DNA of 64,000 nt. It comes from Desulfovibrionaceae bacterium. Its GTDB lineage: Bacteria; Desulfobacterota; Desulfovibrionia; Desulfovibrionales; Desulfovibrionaceae. Below are positions 20,341-30,198 of the stretch, piece after piece. Within the stretch, counting starts at the first letter, position 1; each line of letters starts with the position of its first letter. The notes beneath the pieces were generated by a model that saw only the letters and a program-made list of their open reading frames with translations, had not been told where the DNA came from and ran no database searches. The translations under genes and the position numbers were made by a program. The DNA lies in NCBI GenBank assembly GCA_031551515.1, contig JAVBNL010000023.1, forward strand, positions 23,048 to 87,047, in the 5' to 3' direction.

Positions 20341-21171
20341 TTATTTGACCGCCTTGAACTTTTTTACCGTGGCCGCGATGGCCTGTTCCGTGGGGATGCG
20401 TTCCATGCTCGACGCGCCGACAAAGCCGTCAATTTGGGGCAGATACTTCAAGAATTTTTTGAAATCTTCCGGCGCGGCCAGCGGGCCGCCGTGGGCCAGC
20501 CAGAGGGCGTCCTTTTTCTTTTTGGCCCCCGCGGCCATGATCTTTTTGGTCAGGGCCGCACTGTCCTCAATGGACAGGGCCTTGGTCGTGCCCACCGCGC
20601 CGCCCACGGTCAGCCCCACGTGGGCCACGATGCAGTCGGCCCCGGCCTCGGCCATGCTCTTCGCCTCTTTTTCGTTGAACACGTAGACGATGGTGAAGAT
20701 GTTCTTCTTGGCCGCCAGGCGCACCATTTCCACTTCTTTGTCATAGCCCAGGCCCGTCAGTTCCAACTGTTCGCGGAAGTTGCCGTCAACCAGGCCCATG
20801 GTGGGGAAGTTGTTGACGCCCGAAAACCCTTCGGTCATGACCTTGTCCAGATGTTTGCCGATGACGCGGGTGCCGTCCTGGGCAAAAACGCTGCACACCA
20901 CGGGGATCTTTTTCACCACGGGCAGCACGTATTTGGTCCCCAGTTCAAGGGCGATTTCGTTGGCGTTGCCGAAAGCCAGCAGGCCGGAAAAACTGCCGTG
21001 CCCGTGCATGCGGTAATAGCCGGAGTTGAAGACCAGCAGCAGATCGCCTCCGCCGCTTTCAATGGATTTTGCCGACAGGCCCGAACCCGCGCCGCCCGCG
21101 ATTATGTACTTGCCCGCTTTTCTGATCTTTTTTAAATTCGCCAGCATTTCTGCCCGTGTATACTGCTGCAT
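20341..21171 (-). CDS. Phosphoenolpyruvate hydrolase-like TIM-barrel protein (Tm-1 C-terminal-domain homologue)
   Basis: The N-terminus RAEMLANLKKIRKAGKYIIAGGAGSGLSAKSIESGGGDLLLVFNSGYYRM is typical of this family. Confidence 0.8.
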   Translation of the reverse strand: MQQYTRAEMLANLKKIRKAGKYIIAGGAGSGLSAKSIESGGGDLLLVFNSGYYRMHGHGSFSGLLAFGNANEIALELGTKYVLPVVKKIPVVCSVFAQDGTRVIGKHLDKVMTEGFSGVNNFPTMGLVDGNFREQLELTGLGYDKEVEMVRLAAKKNIFTIVYVFNEKEAKSMAEAGADCIVAHVGLTVGGAVGTTKALSIEDSAALTKKIMAAGAKKKKDALWLAHGGPLAAPEDFKKFLKYLPQIDGFVGASSMERIPTEQAIAATVKKFKAVK

Positions 21172-21210
21172 GACCCGTTCTCTCCTTTTCTTGGTACCGC
21201 GTTATTGCAT

Positions 21211-22455
21211 TCAGCGTTTGTTCATCATGGCAATGAGCAATTCCGCCGCGTCCTCGCCGAATCCTTCGTCGTACAGATGCCTGTCGTCTTCGATGACTTC
21301 GATGTTGGGCTGCCCGGCCAGCCCCGATTTCAGCGTTTCGAACAGGGCTTCGTTAGCCTCCGGCAGATAAAAGATCTCGCCCGGCCGGTCGATGGAGCTC
21401 AGCCCGCCCTTGGGCAAAAGCACTTTCACGGGCGATGCCGCCCCCTTCAGTTTGCGCACCAGAAATTCGCCTATGGCCGCGCATTCTTCGACATTGGTGC
21501 GCATGGTGGTCATGGTCGGGTTGTGAAAATTCAGGATTCTGCCCGTCTTGAACTTGTCCGGCAGGGCGGACATGGGCGGCAGAACCACGGTATCGGCCGC
21601 GCCGGGCACGATGACCTGCGGTACGCGCATGGTGACCGCCGCCTCCATGCGGTCCGGCCCGGCGTCGTGCAGCCCGCCCACAAGGTGCGCGCCGATTTCC
21701 GCCAGGGTCATGTCCAGAACGCCCTGCACCATGCCGTCTCTGATGAAGCCTTCCATTGACCTGCCGCCCGCGCCGGAAGCGTGAAAGACCAGCGTTTCGA
21801 AACCCTTCTCTTCAAGGCGGACCCTGGCCCGCGTGACCCCGGCGGTCGTCGTGCCGTACATGGTCTGCGAGACGCGCCGGATGGAAGGATCTTCCATCCG
21901 GCGGCGGAAGTCCCCGAACTCGTTTCTGTACCAGGCAGCGCCCTGGGCCGCGTATGCCGCAAGGCGGCTGAAAACGGGTTCCGTGATGCCGTTGAGGCCC
22001 GCCACGTCGGCTATGGAGGGCAGCATGGCTATGTCGCTGTCTTGCACGTACCAGCGCGTGTTGCCGGAAGCCAGCGTGCTGAGCATCAGTTTCGGCAGCC
22101 CGAAGGGCAGGGTGCGCATGGTCTGGGTGACGATCTGCGTGCCGCCGGCTCCGCCTATGCCGATGATGCAGTCCATCTTCCCGGCCTGGTACAGCCGGCG
22201 CACGTAAGCCTCAAGCAAGGCGGACACCGCCTCCACCGCTTCTCCGCGTTTCATGGCCCGTATGCTTTCCGCCGTGTGCGCGCCGCCCGCGCACAGATCG
22301 GCAAGCGTGACGTCGGCGGCCACGGGCGGGCTTTTGCCCACGCCCGCGTCTATGGTCAGGCAATGAACGCCTTGCGCGAGAATCTTCTGCTTGATGTACT
22401 CGGATTCGATCCCTTTGGTGTCATACGTGGCGACAAACACGACGGTCGGTTTCAT
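21211..22455 (-). CDS. UPF0261 / Tm-1-like ATP-binding protein
   Basis: The N-terminus PTVVFVATYDTKGIESEYIKQKI and its length of about 410 aa fit the family. A 4-nt overlap links it to the upstream permease gene. Confidence 0.8.
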   Translation of the reverse strand: MKPTVVFVATYDTKGIESEYIKQKILAQGVHCLTIDAGVGKSPPVAADVTLADLCAGGAHTAESIRAMKRGEAVEAVSALLEAYVRRLYQAGKMDCIIGIGGAGGTQIVTQTMRTLPFGLPKLMLSTLASGNTRWYVQDSDIAMLPSIADVAGLNGITEPVFSRLAAYAAQGAAWYRNEFGDFRRRMEDPSIRRVSQTMYGTTTAGVTRARVRLEEKGFETLVFHASGAGGRSMEGFIRDGMVQGVLDMTLAEIGAHLVGGLHDAGPDRMEAAVTMRVPQVIVPGAADTVVLPPMSALPDKFKTGRILNFHNPTMTTMRTNVEECAAIGEFLVRKLKGAASPVKVLLPKGGLSSIDRPGEIFYLPEANEALFETLKSGLAGQPNIEVIEDDRHLYDEGFGEDAAELLIAMMNKR

Positions 22456-23519
22456 GCTCCGCCCTCCGCGGCTGTTTCATGGCTGTCCGAAGAGACACGC
22501 TCATCCAGTTCGTTTCTGAGTTCCATATTCCACTTGATCAGCAACTGGTTGAAGGCCACCGCGAAAATAATCAGAGCGCCCATGACCAGAGTTTGCAATT
22601 CCGAAGGCACGCTGAGGCTGTTCATGCCGTTATAGATGGCGGCCACGATGATGGAACCGCACAGCACGCCCCAAATGTTGCCGAAGCCGCCGCTCATGGC
22701 GATGCCCCCGATCAGGGCCACGGTGATGGCCTCAAAGGGCGCGTGCACCGCCATGCCCGGCTCGAATGAATTGAGCCGCGCGCCGTACAGCAGCCCGGCG
22801 AAAGCCGAAATACCGGTGCTGATCACGTACACCCAGATGATGATCCTGTCTGTGGGTATGCCCGAGAATTTGGCCGCCACGGGGTTCGCCCCCGTGAAAT
22901 AGATTTTGCGGCCGAAATTGGTGCGCGTCAGCATAAAGGCCGTGGCCGCCAGCATCAGCAGGGTTATCACCATGGGCACGGTCAGGGTGAAGCCGCCGAC
23001 GCGGGTGATGACGCCGGTGCCGAACCAGCGGAAATCGGGGTTGAGGTTGTAAATGACCCGTTTGCCCAGCGCCAGCCAGGCCAGGCCCCGGCAGGCGTAC
23101 ATGGTGGCGAAGGTGGCGATGAAGGGCGGCATTTTCAGTTTGGTGATCAAGAGGCCGTTGACCAGGCCGATCAGCATGCCCGCGCCCACGATGATGAGCA
23201 TGGGTATGAGATAGTGCACGTCGGGGTTTGCGCCCACCAGCATTCTGCCCCACATGACCGTGGTAAAGGCCATAACCGACCCGATGGCCAGGTTCAGGCC
23301 GCCCGTCAAAATGGCCAGCGCCTGGCCTATGCCGATGATGGTCAGAAAGCAGGCCTGGTTGATCATCACCGACAGGTTGGACATGCTCAGATAGCTGCCG
23401 CCTTGCAGCATGTTGGCGATTTCGAAAAAAGCCAGCACGCCGATCAGGATGAACAGCGAAGACAGATCCGTAAGGCTTTTCAGCGCCCTTTTGCGCGCGA
23501 CGTTCGGTTGTCCGGACAT
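22452..23519 (-). CDS. Sugar ABC transporter permease (RbsC/AraH-like)
   Basis: Polytopic protein belonging to the BPD_transp_2-type family. Confidence 0.9.
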   Translation of the reverse strand: MSGQPNVARKRALKSLTDLSSLFILIGVLAFFEIANMLQGGSYLSMSNLSVMINQACFLTIIGIGQALAILTGGLNLAIGSVMAFTTVMWGRMLVGANPDVHYLIPMLIIVGAGMLIGLVNGLLITKLKMPPFIATFATMYACRGLAWLALGKRVIYNLNPDFRWFGTGVITRVGGFTLTVPMVITLLMLAATAFMLTRTNFGRKIYFTGANPVAAKFSGIPTDRIIIWVYVISTGISAFAGLLYGARLNSFEPGMAVHAPFEAITVALIGGIAMSGGFGNIWGVLCGSIIVAAIYNGMNSLSVPSELQTLVMGALIIFAVAFNQLLIKWNMELRNELDERVSSDSHETAAEGGA

Positions 23520-23531
23520 GACGGCGCCTCC

Positions 23532-24554
23532 TTACGCTTTTCCCAAAAGTTTTTTCTCGTGCCGCGCGGCCAGTTCGTTCAGAATCATGCCTACGACCAG
23601 CACCGCGCCAATGACCACCATGGTCGCCGAGGTGTCGATGCCTTTCAGCGACAAGGCGCTACGCACCGTATACAAGGTCAGCGCGCCGAAAATCGCGCCG
23701 TACAGGCTGCCTTTGCCGCCCTCAAGGGCGTTGCCGCCCAGCACCGCGGCCACCACGGCCTGAAACTCCAGCCATTCACCGGATGTGGGCTGCATGCTGT
23801 TGGTGCGGATCAACACCAAGAGCGACGCCAAAGACGCCAGCATGCCCGAAAGCACATACAGCAGCACGGTCCAGGTGCGCGTGGCTATGCCGCACAGGCG
23901 GGCCGTTTCCTCATTTTCGCCGATGGCGTAGGTATACGCGCCCAGCACCGTGCGCTTGAACATGAAGATGACGACGCCCACCGCCACCGCGGTCAGCAGC
24001 ACCAAAAAAGGCACGTAAAAAATGGTGCTTGCCTCCGTTCCGAACTGGATGCGAATGACGTTGCCGCCCAAAAAATCCAGAATGGCGCTGTGGCTGCCCT
24101 CTTCCCAATAGATGGTCCGTTTGCCGGACAGCGTGTTGGCGATGCTCTGAGCGATGCCCATGGACCCGAATGTGGCGATGAAAGGCGGCACCTTCATGCG
24201 GGTTACGAACAACCCGTTCAGCAGCCCGAAGAGCGCCCCGCTCACCACGCCGATCAAAATGGCCGCGAAAACGTGCAGGCCGCTGCGCAGGCAGAGCGCC
24301 ATGACCACCCCGCACATGGACAGCACGCCGCCCATGGAAAGGTCGATGCCGCCCGAAATGATCACCAGCGACATGGCGATGCTGAGGATGATGAGAATGC
24401 ACGCCTGCAGCAGCAGAGTGGAAAGGTTGCCGGGCGAAAAGAAGCGCGGCACCCATACGGAGGCCAGGATAAACACCAGCAGAAAAGCGAACACCGAATT
24501 GGGCAGGCTGGAAAGCCAGGTCCGGCCTTCCCCTGTTTTTTTCACGGCACTCAT
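23532..24554 (-). CDS. Sugar ABC transporter permease (RbsC/AraH-like)
   Basis: Polytopic paralogue of the adjacent permease, with a 4-nt overlap with the ATPase gene. Confidence 0.9.
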   Translation of the reverse strand: MSAVKKTGEGRTWLSSLPNSVFAFLLVFILASVWVPRFFSPGNLSTLLLQACILIILSIAMSLVIISGGIDLSMGGVLSMCGVVMALCLRSGLHVFAAILIGVVSGALFGLLNGLFVTRMKVPPFIATFGSMGIAQSIANTLSGKRTIYWEEGSHSAILDFLGGNVIRIQFGTEASTIFYVPFLVLLTAVAVGVVIFMFKRTVLGAYTYAIGENEETARLCGIATRTWTVLLYVLSGMLASLASLLVLIRTNSMQPTSGEWLEFQAVVAAVLGGNALEGGKGSLYGAIFGALTLYTVRSALSLKGIDTSATMVVIGAVLVVGMILNELAARHEKKLLGKA

Positions 24555-26068
24555 GCTGCGCCTCCTTCTTCCTCCGCCGTTTCCGGGTGGGAAAACGCCA
24601 GTTGAATGATCTTCATCTGGTCCGCCTCTTCCCTGGCCAGTTCGCCCGCGATGCGCCCCTGGGCCATGACATAGATTCTGTCGCTCATGCCCAGCACCTC
24701 GGGCAGTTCGGAAGAGATCATGAGAATGCCCGCGCCCCGGCCCACCAGCTCATCCATCAGGCTGTAAATGCTGGTTTTGGAACCCACGTCGATGCCCCGC
24801 GTGGGTTCGTCGAAAATGAAGGTATGGGCTCGGGTCACAAGCCATTTGGCCAGCACCACTTTCTGCTGGGTGCCGCCGCTGAGATAGTTCGTCAGCTTTT
24901 CGATGGTGGGGGTGCTGATTTCCAATGTGTCCACATAACGCTGCACCGTGGCCCGTTCTTTGCGCCGCCCGATCACGCCGCCGGGGTTGAGCAGGCCCAG
25001 AGCGGAAATAACCGCGTTTTCACGTATGGGCAGCGACAGGGCCAGCCCCTCCCGCTTGCGGTTTTCCGGCAGAAAGGCGACGCCCGCAGTGCTCATGCGC
25101 TGCGGGTTCCCCTTGGGCATCTTCTCGCCTTTTACGAAAACCTCGCCTTGGTCATAAGAGTCTATGCCGTAGGCGGCTTTGGCCACTTCGCTGCGGCCCG
25201 CCCCCACAAGGCCCGCCAGGCCCACTATTTCGCCCGCCCGGACCTCTATATCAATGCTTTTGAAGCGCTCGCCGCTCAGCTTTTTGATCGCCAGCACCAC
25301 CTCGCCTTTTTCGGGGTAGCTTCGCGCATAGACCTTGTCGATCTTGCGGCCGGCGATGCCCTCGACGATCTGGTCCATGGTGCTGTCCGCTATATTCGCG
25401 GTGGTGATCTTTTTGCCGTCGCGCATGATGGTGACCCGGTCGCCTATTGCAAAAATCTCTTCCAGCCGGTGCGAGATGTAGAACATGCCCACGCCTTTTT
25501 CCTTCAGCGCGGCGATAATGCGGAAAAGCTCGTCTATCTCGGTGTTGGTCAGCGAACTTGTGGGCTCGTCAAAGACGATGATTTTCGCGTTTTTGGACAG
25601 GGCCTTGGTAATCTCGATCATTTGCTGGTTGGCGATGGAGAGGTTCTTGACCAGCGTGCGGGGCGAAACCTTCACCCCAATGGAGGCCAGAAGCTCTTCC
25701 GTCCGCTCTTCCATGGCCTTGCGGTTCAAGAAAAGCCCCTGTCTGATCTCGTGCCCCAGAAACATGTTGTCCGCCACGGAAAGCTCGGGAACGATGGTCA
25801 GTTCCTGATAAATCATGGCCACGCCGAGCTGTTCGGAAAGCTGCGGGTTGTTGTTCACGATGGGTTTGCCGTCAAGCAGCATCGTGCCGCCGTCGGCCGT
25901 GTACGCGCCGGAAAGAAGCTTCATCAGGGTGGATTTGCCCGCCCCGTTCTCGCCGACAATGACGTGGACTTCGCCGGCGTTCAGGTCCACGGACACGTCG
26001 TCCAGGGCTTTCACGCCGGGAAAGTTTTTGGATACGTTCTGAAACTCCAAGAGCTTGGCCATCGGCAT
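24551..26068 (-). CDS. Sugar ABC transporter ATP-binding protein with duplicated ABC domains (RbsA-like)
   Basis: Walker A motifs GENGAGKST and GLVGAGRSE, and signature motif LSGGTQQK. Confidence 0.9.
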   Translation of the reverse strand: MPMAKLLEFQNVSKNFPGVKALDDVSVDLNAGEVHVIVGENGAGKSTLMKLLSGAYTADGGTMLLDGKPIVNNNPQLSEQLGVAMIYQELTIVPELSVADNMFLGHEIRQGLFLNRKAMEERTEELLASIGVKVSPRTLVKNLSIANQQMIEITKALSKNAKIIVFDEPTSSLTNTEIDELFRIIAALKEKGVGMFYISHRLEEIFAIGDRVTIMRDGKKITTANIADSTMDQIVEGIAGRKIDKVYARSYPEKGEVVLAIKKLSGERFKSIDIEVRAGEIVGLAGLVGAGRSEVAKAAYGIDSYDQGEVFVKGEKMPKGNPQRMSTAGVAFLPENRKREGLALSLPIRENAVISALGLLNPGGVIGRRKERATVQRYVDTLEISTPTIEKLTNYLSGGTQQKVVLAKWLVTRAHTFIFDEPTRGIDVGSKTSIYSLMDELVGRGAGILMISSELPEVLGMSDRIYVMAQGRIAGELAREEADQMKIIQLAFSHPETAEEEGGAA

Positions 26069-26135
26069 TCACCCCTTTACGCTGGATGTAAAAACCGCAA
26101 CCTTGAATCTTGATAGCCGCCCCGGCACGTGCCGG

Positions 26136-26858
26136 CTATGCGACGGCGTTTTCGTCGGGCTGGGATTTCGGCTTTTTAGCCGCGTCGATCCGCACTTTGC
26201 ACAGAACGTCCGTCAAATGCGCGGTCATGGCAGCGCGTGCCTCCCCCGAGTCACGTTGCCGGATCGCTTCGAATATCTGATGGTGGAACTCGTTGCTGCG
26301 CATGTTGCCGTGCACCCGCACGAAACTGCGCAACCACACGGTATACAGGGCTTTCAACATTTCTATGGACCGGTAAATGATGCTGTTGCCGGAGGCTTTG
26401 GCTATGGCCAGATGAAAATCCATGTCGTACAGAGCAAAACGCTCTTTATCCTCCATATGGCGCCGTGACAAAACCAGTGCGCGGTCCATGCATTCCAGAT
26501 CTTCGTCCGTGGCCTTCATGGCGGCCAGGGCGGCGCCCTGCGACTCCACGCCGATGCGGAACTCCGTCAGCGTTTCCAGGTTGGAATGCGCCTCAAGAAG
26601 AATGGGAAGCTGCAGATTGGTGAAGACGTCGACATTGATGTCTTTGAGAAAATAGCCTTCGCCGTGCCGCACCTCAAGAATGCCCAGGGCGTTGAGGCGG
26701 TTCAGCGCGGTGCGCACCGTGTTGCGGCTGACGCCGATGGAAATGACCAGCTCGTTTTCCGAAGGGATTTTGGTCCCCGGTTCGTAGCCTTGGGCGGCGA
26801 TGATCGCCAGGATGTGATTGAAGGTCTCGTTGGCCAGGTTGATCTTTTCTATGGACAT
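26136..26858 (-). CDS. GntR-family regulator, FadR subfamily (FCD domain)
   Basis: IPSENELVISIGVSRNTVRTALNRLNALGILEVRHGEGYF plus a helical C-terminal domain. I chose the start at MSIEK. Confidence 0.85.
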   Translation of the reverse strand: MSIEKINLANETFNHILAIIAAQGYEPGTKIPSENELVISIGVSRNTVRTALNRLNALGILEVRHGEGYFLKDINVDVFTNLQLPILLEAHSNLETLTEFRIGVESQGAALAAMKATDEDLECMDRALVLSRRHMEDKERFALYDMDFHLAIAKASGNSIIYRSIEMLKALYTVWLRSFVRVHGNMRSNEFHHQIFEAIRQRDSGEARAAMTAHLTDVLCKVRIDAAKKPKSQPDENAVA

Positions 26859-27041
26859 CAAGGCCTCCTGGTCTCGTGGGAGGTGACATATCACTTGTGC
26901 TACAAGTTTAACTTACCGATAACGCCCCCCTCTGTCAAGATGGCTGCCCCCCCCCTTGCCACGCCGCACCACATTCACTACATTGCCCACCGTAAAGCAT
27001 TTTCGCTTTGCAATGCTGTTTCGCTGTGCAGAGGAAACGTC

Positions 27042-27809
27042 ATGCGACCGGAAACATTGTGGTTTGTTTTTTACGGATCGTCCTTGCTGCTGCGGCGCGG
27101 CGCGGGCGACACAAGCGCTTTGCCGCGTGGGGATGCGCCGCCCCAGCCCCCGGCGGGCGCGCTGCACCCCTTGGGCACGCATCAGGGCTTGCCATGCGTG
27201 GGCTATGTCACGGCGCACGCGCCGGACCCCAAAGAATGGGCCGCGCCCGACCTGCGCGCGGCTTACGGCATCCTCGGCCTTGAGCTGCACCCTTTGGCCA
27301 ACAAGGCGTATGAGCTTATTTACTGGGACGGGCAGACGCAATACTGCTCGGTCTGCGGCGCGGCCACACAGCCGGCCACCGCCATTTCCAAAACCTGCAC
27401 CGGCTGCGGCCGCGAGATTTTTCCCGTCCTCACCCCGGCGGTGCTGATTCTGGTGCGCAAGGAAAAGAGCATTCTGCTGGCCCACGCCCGCACCTTCAAA
27501 GGTCCGTTTTACAGTATTCTGGCGGGCTTTCTCGAACCCGGCGAAACGCTGGAAGAATGCGCCCGCCGCGAAGTGCTGGAAGAAACGAACATCAACGTCG
27601 GCAACGTGCGCTATTTCGGTTCGCAGGCCTGGCCCTTTCCCAGCAACCTGATGGTCGGATTCGTCGCTGACTATGAAAGCGGCGAGCTGAAATTGCAGGA
27701 GAGCGAGCTTGAATCCGGCGCGTTCTACACCAGGGACAAACTGCCGGAACTGCCGCGCCCCTACAGCCTTTCGCGCCGCATGATCGACTGGTGGATAGAA
27801 AAAGGCTGA
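27042..27809 (+). CDS. nudC: NADH pyrophosphatase (NudC-type NUDIX hydrolase)
   Basis: Zinc ribbon CSVCGAATQP...CTGCG, then Nudix box GFLEPGETLEECARREVLEETN and the NudC-type SQAWPFP motif. The upstream part of ORF 26586.. overlaps the GntR gene, so I discarded it. Confidence 0.85.
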   Translation: MRPETLWFVFYGSSLLLRRGAGDTSALPRGDAPPQPPAGALHPLGTHQGLPCVGYVTAHAPDPKEWAAPDLRAAYGILGLELHPLANKAYELIYWDGQTQYCSVCGAATQPATAISKTCTGCGREIFPVLTPAVLILVRKEKSILLAHARTFKGPFYSILAGFLEPGETLEECARREVLEETNINVGNVRYFGSQAWPFPSNLMVGFVADYESGELKLQESELESGAFYTRDKLPELPRPYSLSRRMIDWWIEKG

Positions 27810-27821
27810 GGCTTTCACGCA

Positions 27822-27859
27822 AACGAGAAAAGCCCGCCGCATGGCGGGCTTTTCTCGTT
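27822..27859. terminator. Bidirectional terminator hairpin between convergent genes
   Basis: Perfect 17-bp stem: aacgagaaaagcccgcc / gcat / ggcgggcttttctcgtt. Confidence 0.7.
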
Positions 27860-27875
27860 ATAATACGCCGTTTTT

Positions 27876-28502
27876 TCAGGATTTAGTCAAACGTATGAAA
27901 CTCCAGCTGACGTCGCCGCGCCCGCGCAAATCGCCGCGCACGACCCGCTCGACCAGCGAGAGGCCGCATCGTTTCGCAAGATCCGCCGTCTCTTCCGGCG
28001 TGATGTCGAACATACGCCGCCCTTCCGGCACGGGACCGTGCCGGAGCGAAAGCAACAGCCCTCCGCCATCGGCCAGCAGGCCCGCCACACGGCGCATGGA
28101 AGACGCGCGCTCATCTTCCGTCAGGTGCATCCACACGGCCTGAATCAAGATGAAGTCATAGGGCCCGGCGTATGGGCCCCGCAACGCCGTCAAATCGGGC
28201 AGCGCGTCATCCACCCAATCCACGGATACGTCGCTGTGCAATGCCCTTCCCGCGTCCCGCATGGCGTCCGTGGGTTCCACGGCCACCACCGCATGCCCGC
28301 GTTTGGCCAGCGCCGCAGCATCACGGCCGCTGCCCGCGCCGACATCCAGCACCCGGCAGGGGGATGCGGGGAAAAGGCGCAGAAGGGTTCCGAACATCTC
28401 TTCAAAAGGGATGCTTTCGTACTGTTTCACCAGTTTGGCCGCGTCGCGGTCATACCCCGCCGCTGAAGGACAAAACACCATTTGACCCTCCGTGTCTCGC
28501 AC
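27876..28502 (-). CDS. Class I SAM-dependent methyltransferase (small-molecule type)
   Basis: Motif I VLDVGAGSGRDAAALA. There are no DNA-methyltransferase motifs. Confidence 0.8.
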   Translation of the reverse strand: MRDTEGQMVFCPSAAGYDRDAAKLVKQYESIPFEEMFGTLLRLFPASPCRVLDVGAGSGRDAAALAKRGHAVVAVEPTDAMRDAGRALHSDVSVDWVDDALPDLTALRGPYAGPYDFILIQAVWMHLTEDERASSMRRVAGLLADGGGLLLSLRHGPVPEGRRMFDITPEETADLAKRCGLSLVERVVRGDLRGRGDVSWSFIRLTKS

Positions 28503-28533
28503 CCGTTTGGAGCCGCCGTTTCTTTCGCGGGCC

Positions 28534-29754
28534 TCAGCCCGCCCATTTGCCGGAAACGGCCGCGTCGATGCAGTGTTTCATGGACCCGAACCAGGTTTGC
28601 AACTTGTTGGAGCCCGGCGCGTAAAAGGCCATTTTGGCCGAGTTGGTGGCCAGCGACTTGAAGCCCAGAGCCTCCGGTATGCTGAGAATGGTGCACAAAT
28701 CCTGGGTTAGCACCGCGCCCGCCTTTTCAATGGCCTGCATGTAGCCAAGCTGCTTGGCCATGCCCTTGACCGCCGTGTTCACGTGAACCCAGCAGGTCAC
28801 GTCTTTGTTGATCTTCTTGCCTTCCAGGTAGGCCGCTATTTCGGCCACCTGGTTCAGGGTCAGATGCGGGCAGCCCAGCGCCACGTAATCCACCACCCGG
28901 TTCTTGTTGCTTGTAAGGCGTTCATAGCCCGCCTGCAACTCTTTGGGCCCCAACTCAACCTCTTGCCAGCCGGGAGCCAGCACGCGTTCACCCAGGGCCA
29001 ACGCGTCGGGCGTCTGCCCCAGCACGTGATACAGGGCCACGCCCCCGCTGGAAGCCAGCGCCGCGCCGAGATAGCAGTGCTCTTCCATGCTCATGCGATG
29101 CAGGCCGTCAAAGGCCGGGTTGTTGGTGCCGATGACGCTGCCCACATAGGCGCCCATGGCCCCGATATCCGCCAGGTCCTTGATGGGCGCGGTCACGCGG
29201 AATTTTATCTGCGCGCGGCGGTTTTCATCCAGGTGAAAGCCGTAGTACGGCGTTTTGCCGATCAACGCGGCGGCGAAAGCGCTGGGGCCGCCTTCGCGGT
29301 TGTCGCGCGCCCCCAGGGCGGAGTTGGTGAAGACCACGGCGGAAGATTCCGCCCAGGCGATATGTTCTCTGAATTGCGGCACAAAGCCGTAGAAATAGGG
29401 AGTACAGGAGGAGACGCCGTAACAGCCCGTGCGCTCATAACCCAGCCCGATGCGCAGCTGCTTGTCGCACCAGTCTTTGGGCAGGCCCAGATCGCGCGAA
29501 CGGTCGACGCCGATAACGTTCAAGGTGGTGGGCACCTTGACCCTGGCCCCGGCGGCGGCCGTTTCTTCTATCCATTCCATGCCCGCGACCCCGTGCGAAC
29601 GCAAAGAGAGGCCCGCCACATGCGCGCTGCGCACGGGAATGAGCTTTTCCGCCCCGTAGATCTTGCCGAGACCCACCAGCATTTCCATAGCCATGCGATA
29701 GGTCGGCCCCTCGGCCCCGTCCAGAATGCGCTTGTCAGCGTCGTCCAGTTTCAT
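28534..29754 (-). CDS. Aconitase X large (catalytic, DUF521) subunit
   Basis: The N-terminus MKLDDADKRILDGAEGPTYRMAMEMLVGLGKIYGAEKLIPVRSAHV is typical of DUF521. Confidence 0.85.
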   Translation of the reverse strand: MKLDDADKRILDGAEGPTYRMAMEMLVGLGKIYGAEKLIPVRSAHVAGLSLRSHGVAGMEWIEETAAAGARVKVPTTLNVIGVDRSRDLGLPKDWCDKQLRIGLGYERTGCYGVSSCTPYFYGFVPQFREHIAWAESSAVVFTNSALGARDNREGGPSAFAAALIGKTPYYGFHLDENRRAQIKFRVTAPIKDLADIGAMGAYVGSVIGTNNPAFDGLHRMSMEEHCYLGAALASSGGVALYHVLGQTPDALALGERVLAPGWQEVELGPKELQAGYERLTSNKNRVVDYVALGCPHLTLNQVAEIAAYLEGKKINKDVTCWVHVNTAVKGMAKQLGYMQAIEKAGAVLTQDLCTILSIPEALGFKSLATNSAKMAFYAPGSNKLQTWFGSMKHCIDAAVSGKWAG

Positions 29755-30170
29755 GAGCGGCCTCCTTCTTCAATGACCACCACTTGCTTGTCCGCGTCCA
29801 CTGTGACGATGTCGCCGTTTTTCAACGCCGTGAAGGGGTCTTCCTGCAGGCTGTCCACCACCGGCAGGCCGCTCATGATGGCTCCGCAGGCGATGATGGT
29901 TTCCGTCACCCTGTTAATGATGGCTTTGGGACCGGTGCCCATTTTCGCCAGTTGATAGACCACGTACGAGCCGCCCGTGCTGCCCTTGCCGTACGGAAAG
30001 ACGAGGATCTTGCCGGTGATGGAAACGCCGTTCAACTCGTGGTTGTGCTCAATGACGGTTCCGGTCTCGCAGTCAAAGCCGAAGTTGAACCCGATGGGCT
30101 GGCTGCACAGCAGCACTTCGCCCGTCGCGCGGCCCGGGCTGATGCCCCGGCAGGAAATGGTCCGTTTCAT
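29751..30170 (-). CDS. Aconitase X small (swivel, DUF126) subunit
   Basis: 139 aa with GRATGEVLLCSQPIGFNFGFD...GKILVFPYGKGSTGGS, and a 4-nt overlap with the large subunit gene. Confidence 0.85.
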   Translation of the reverse strand: MKRTISCRGISPGRATGEVLLCSQPIGFNFGFDCETGTVIEHNHELNGVSITGKILVFPYGKGSTGGSYVVYQLAKMGTGPKAIINRVTETIIACGAIMSGLPVVDSLQEDPFTALKNGDIVTVDADKQVVVIEEGGRS

Positions 30171-30198
30171 CGCTCGCTCCTTGGGTAACGGTAACGCC

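Noticed and set aside
23214-26113. Two long plus-strand ORFs (23214-24605, 24587-26113) antisense to the ABC permease and ATPase genes
   Set aside because: These are shadow ORFs. The minus strand encodes proteins with Walker A/B and ABC signature motifs and polytopic permease patterns.
26586-27041. N-terminal 152-aa extension of the NudC ORF
   Set aside because: It overlaps the GntR gene and promoter region on the opposite strand and has no NudC-like sequence. The NudC-like sequence starts at the ATG at 27042.
27876-28502. Methyltransferase as part of a restriction-modification or defence system
   Set aside because: It is small (208 aa) and has only the generic SAM motif I. DNA-methyltransferase catalytic motifs (DPPY/NPPY or PC-ENV) are absent, and there is no nuclease or specificity gene nearby.
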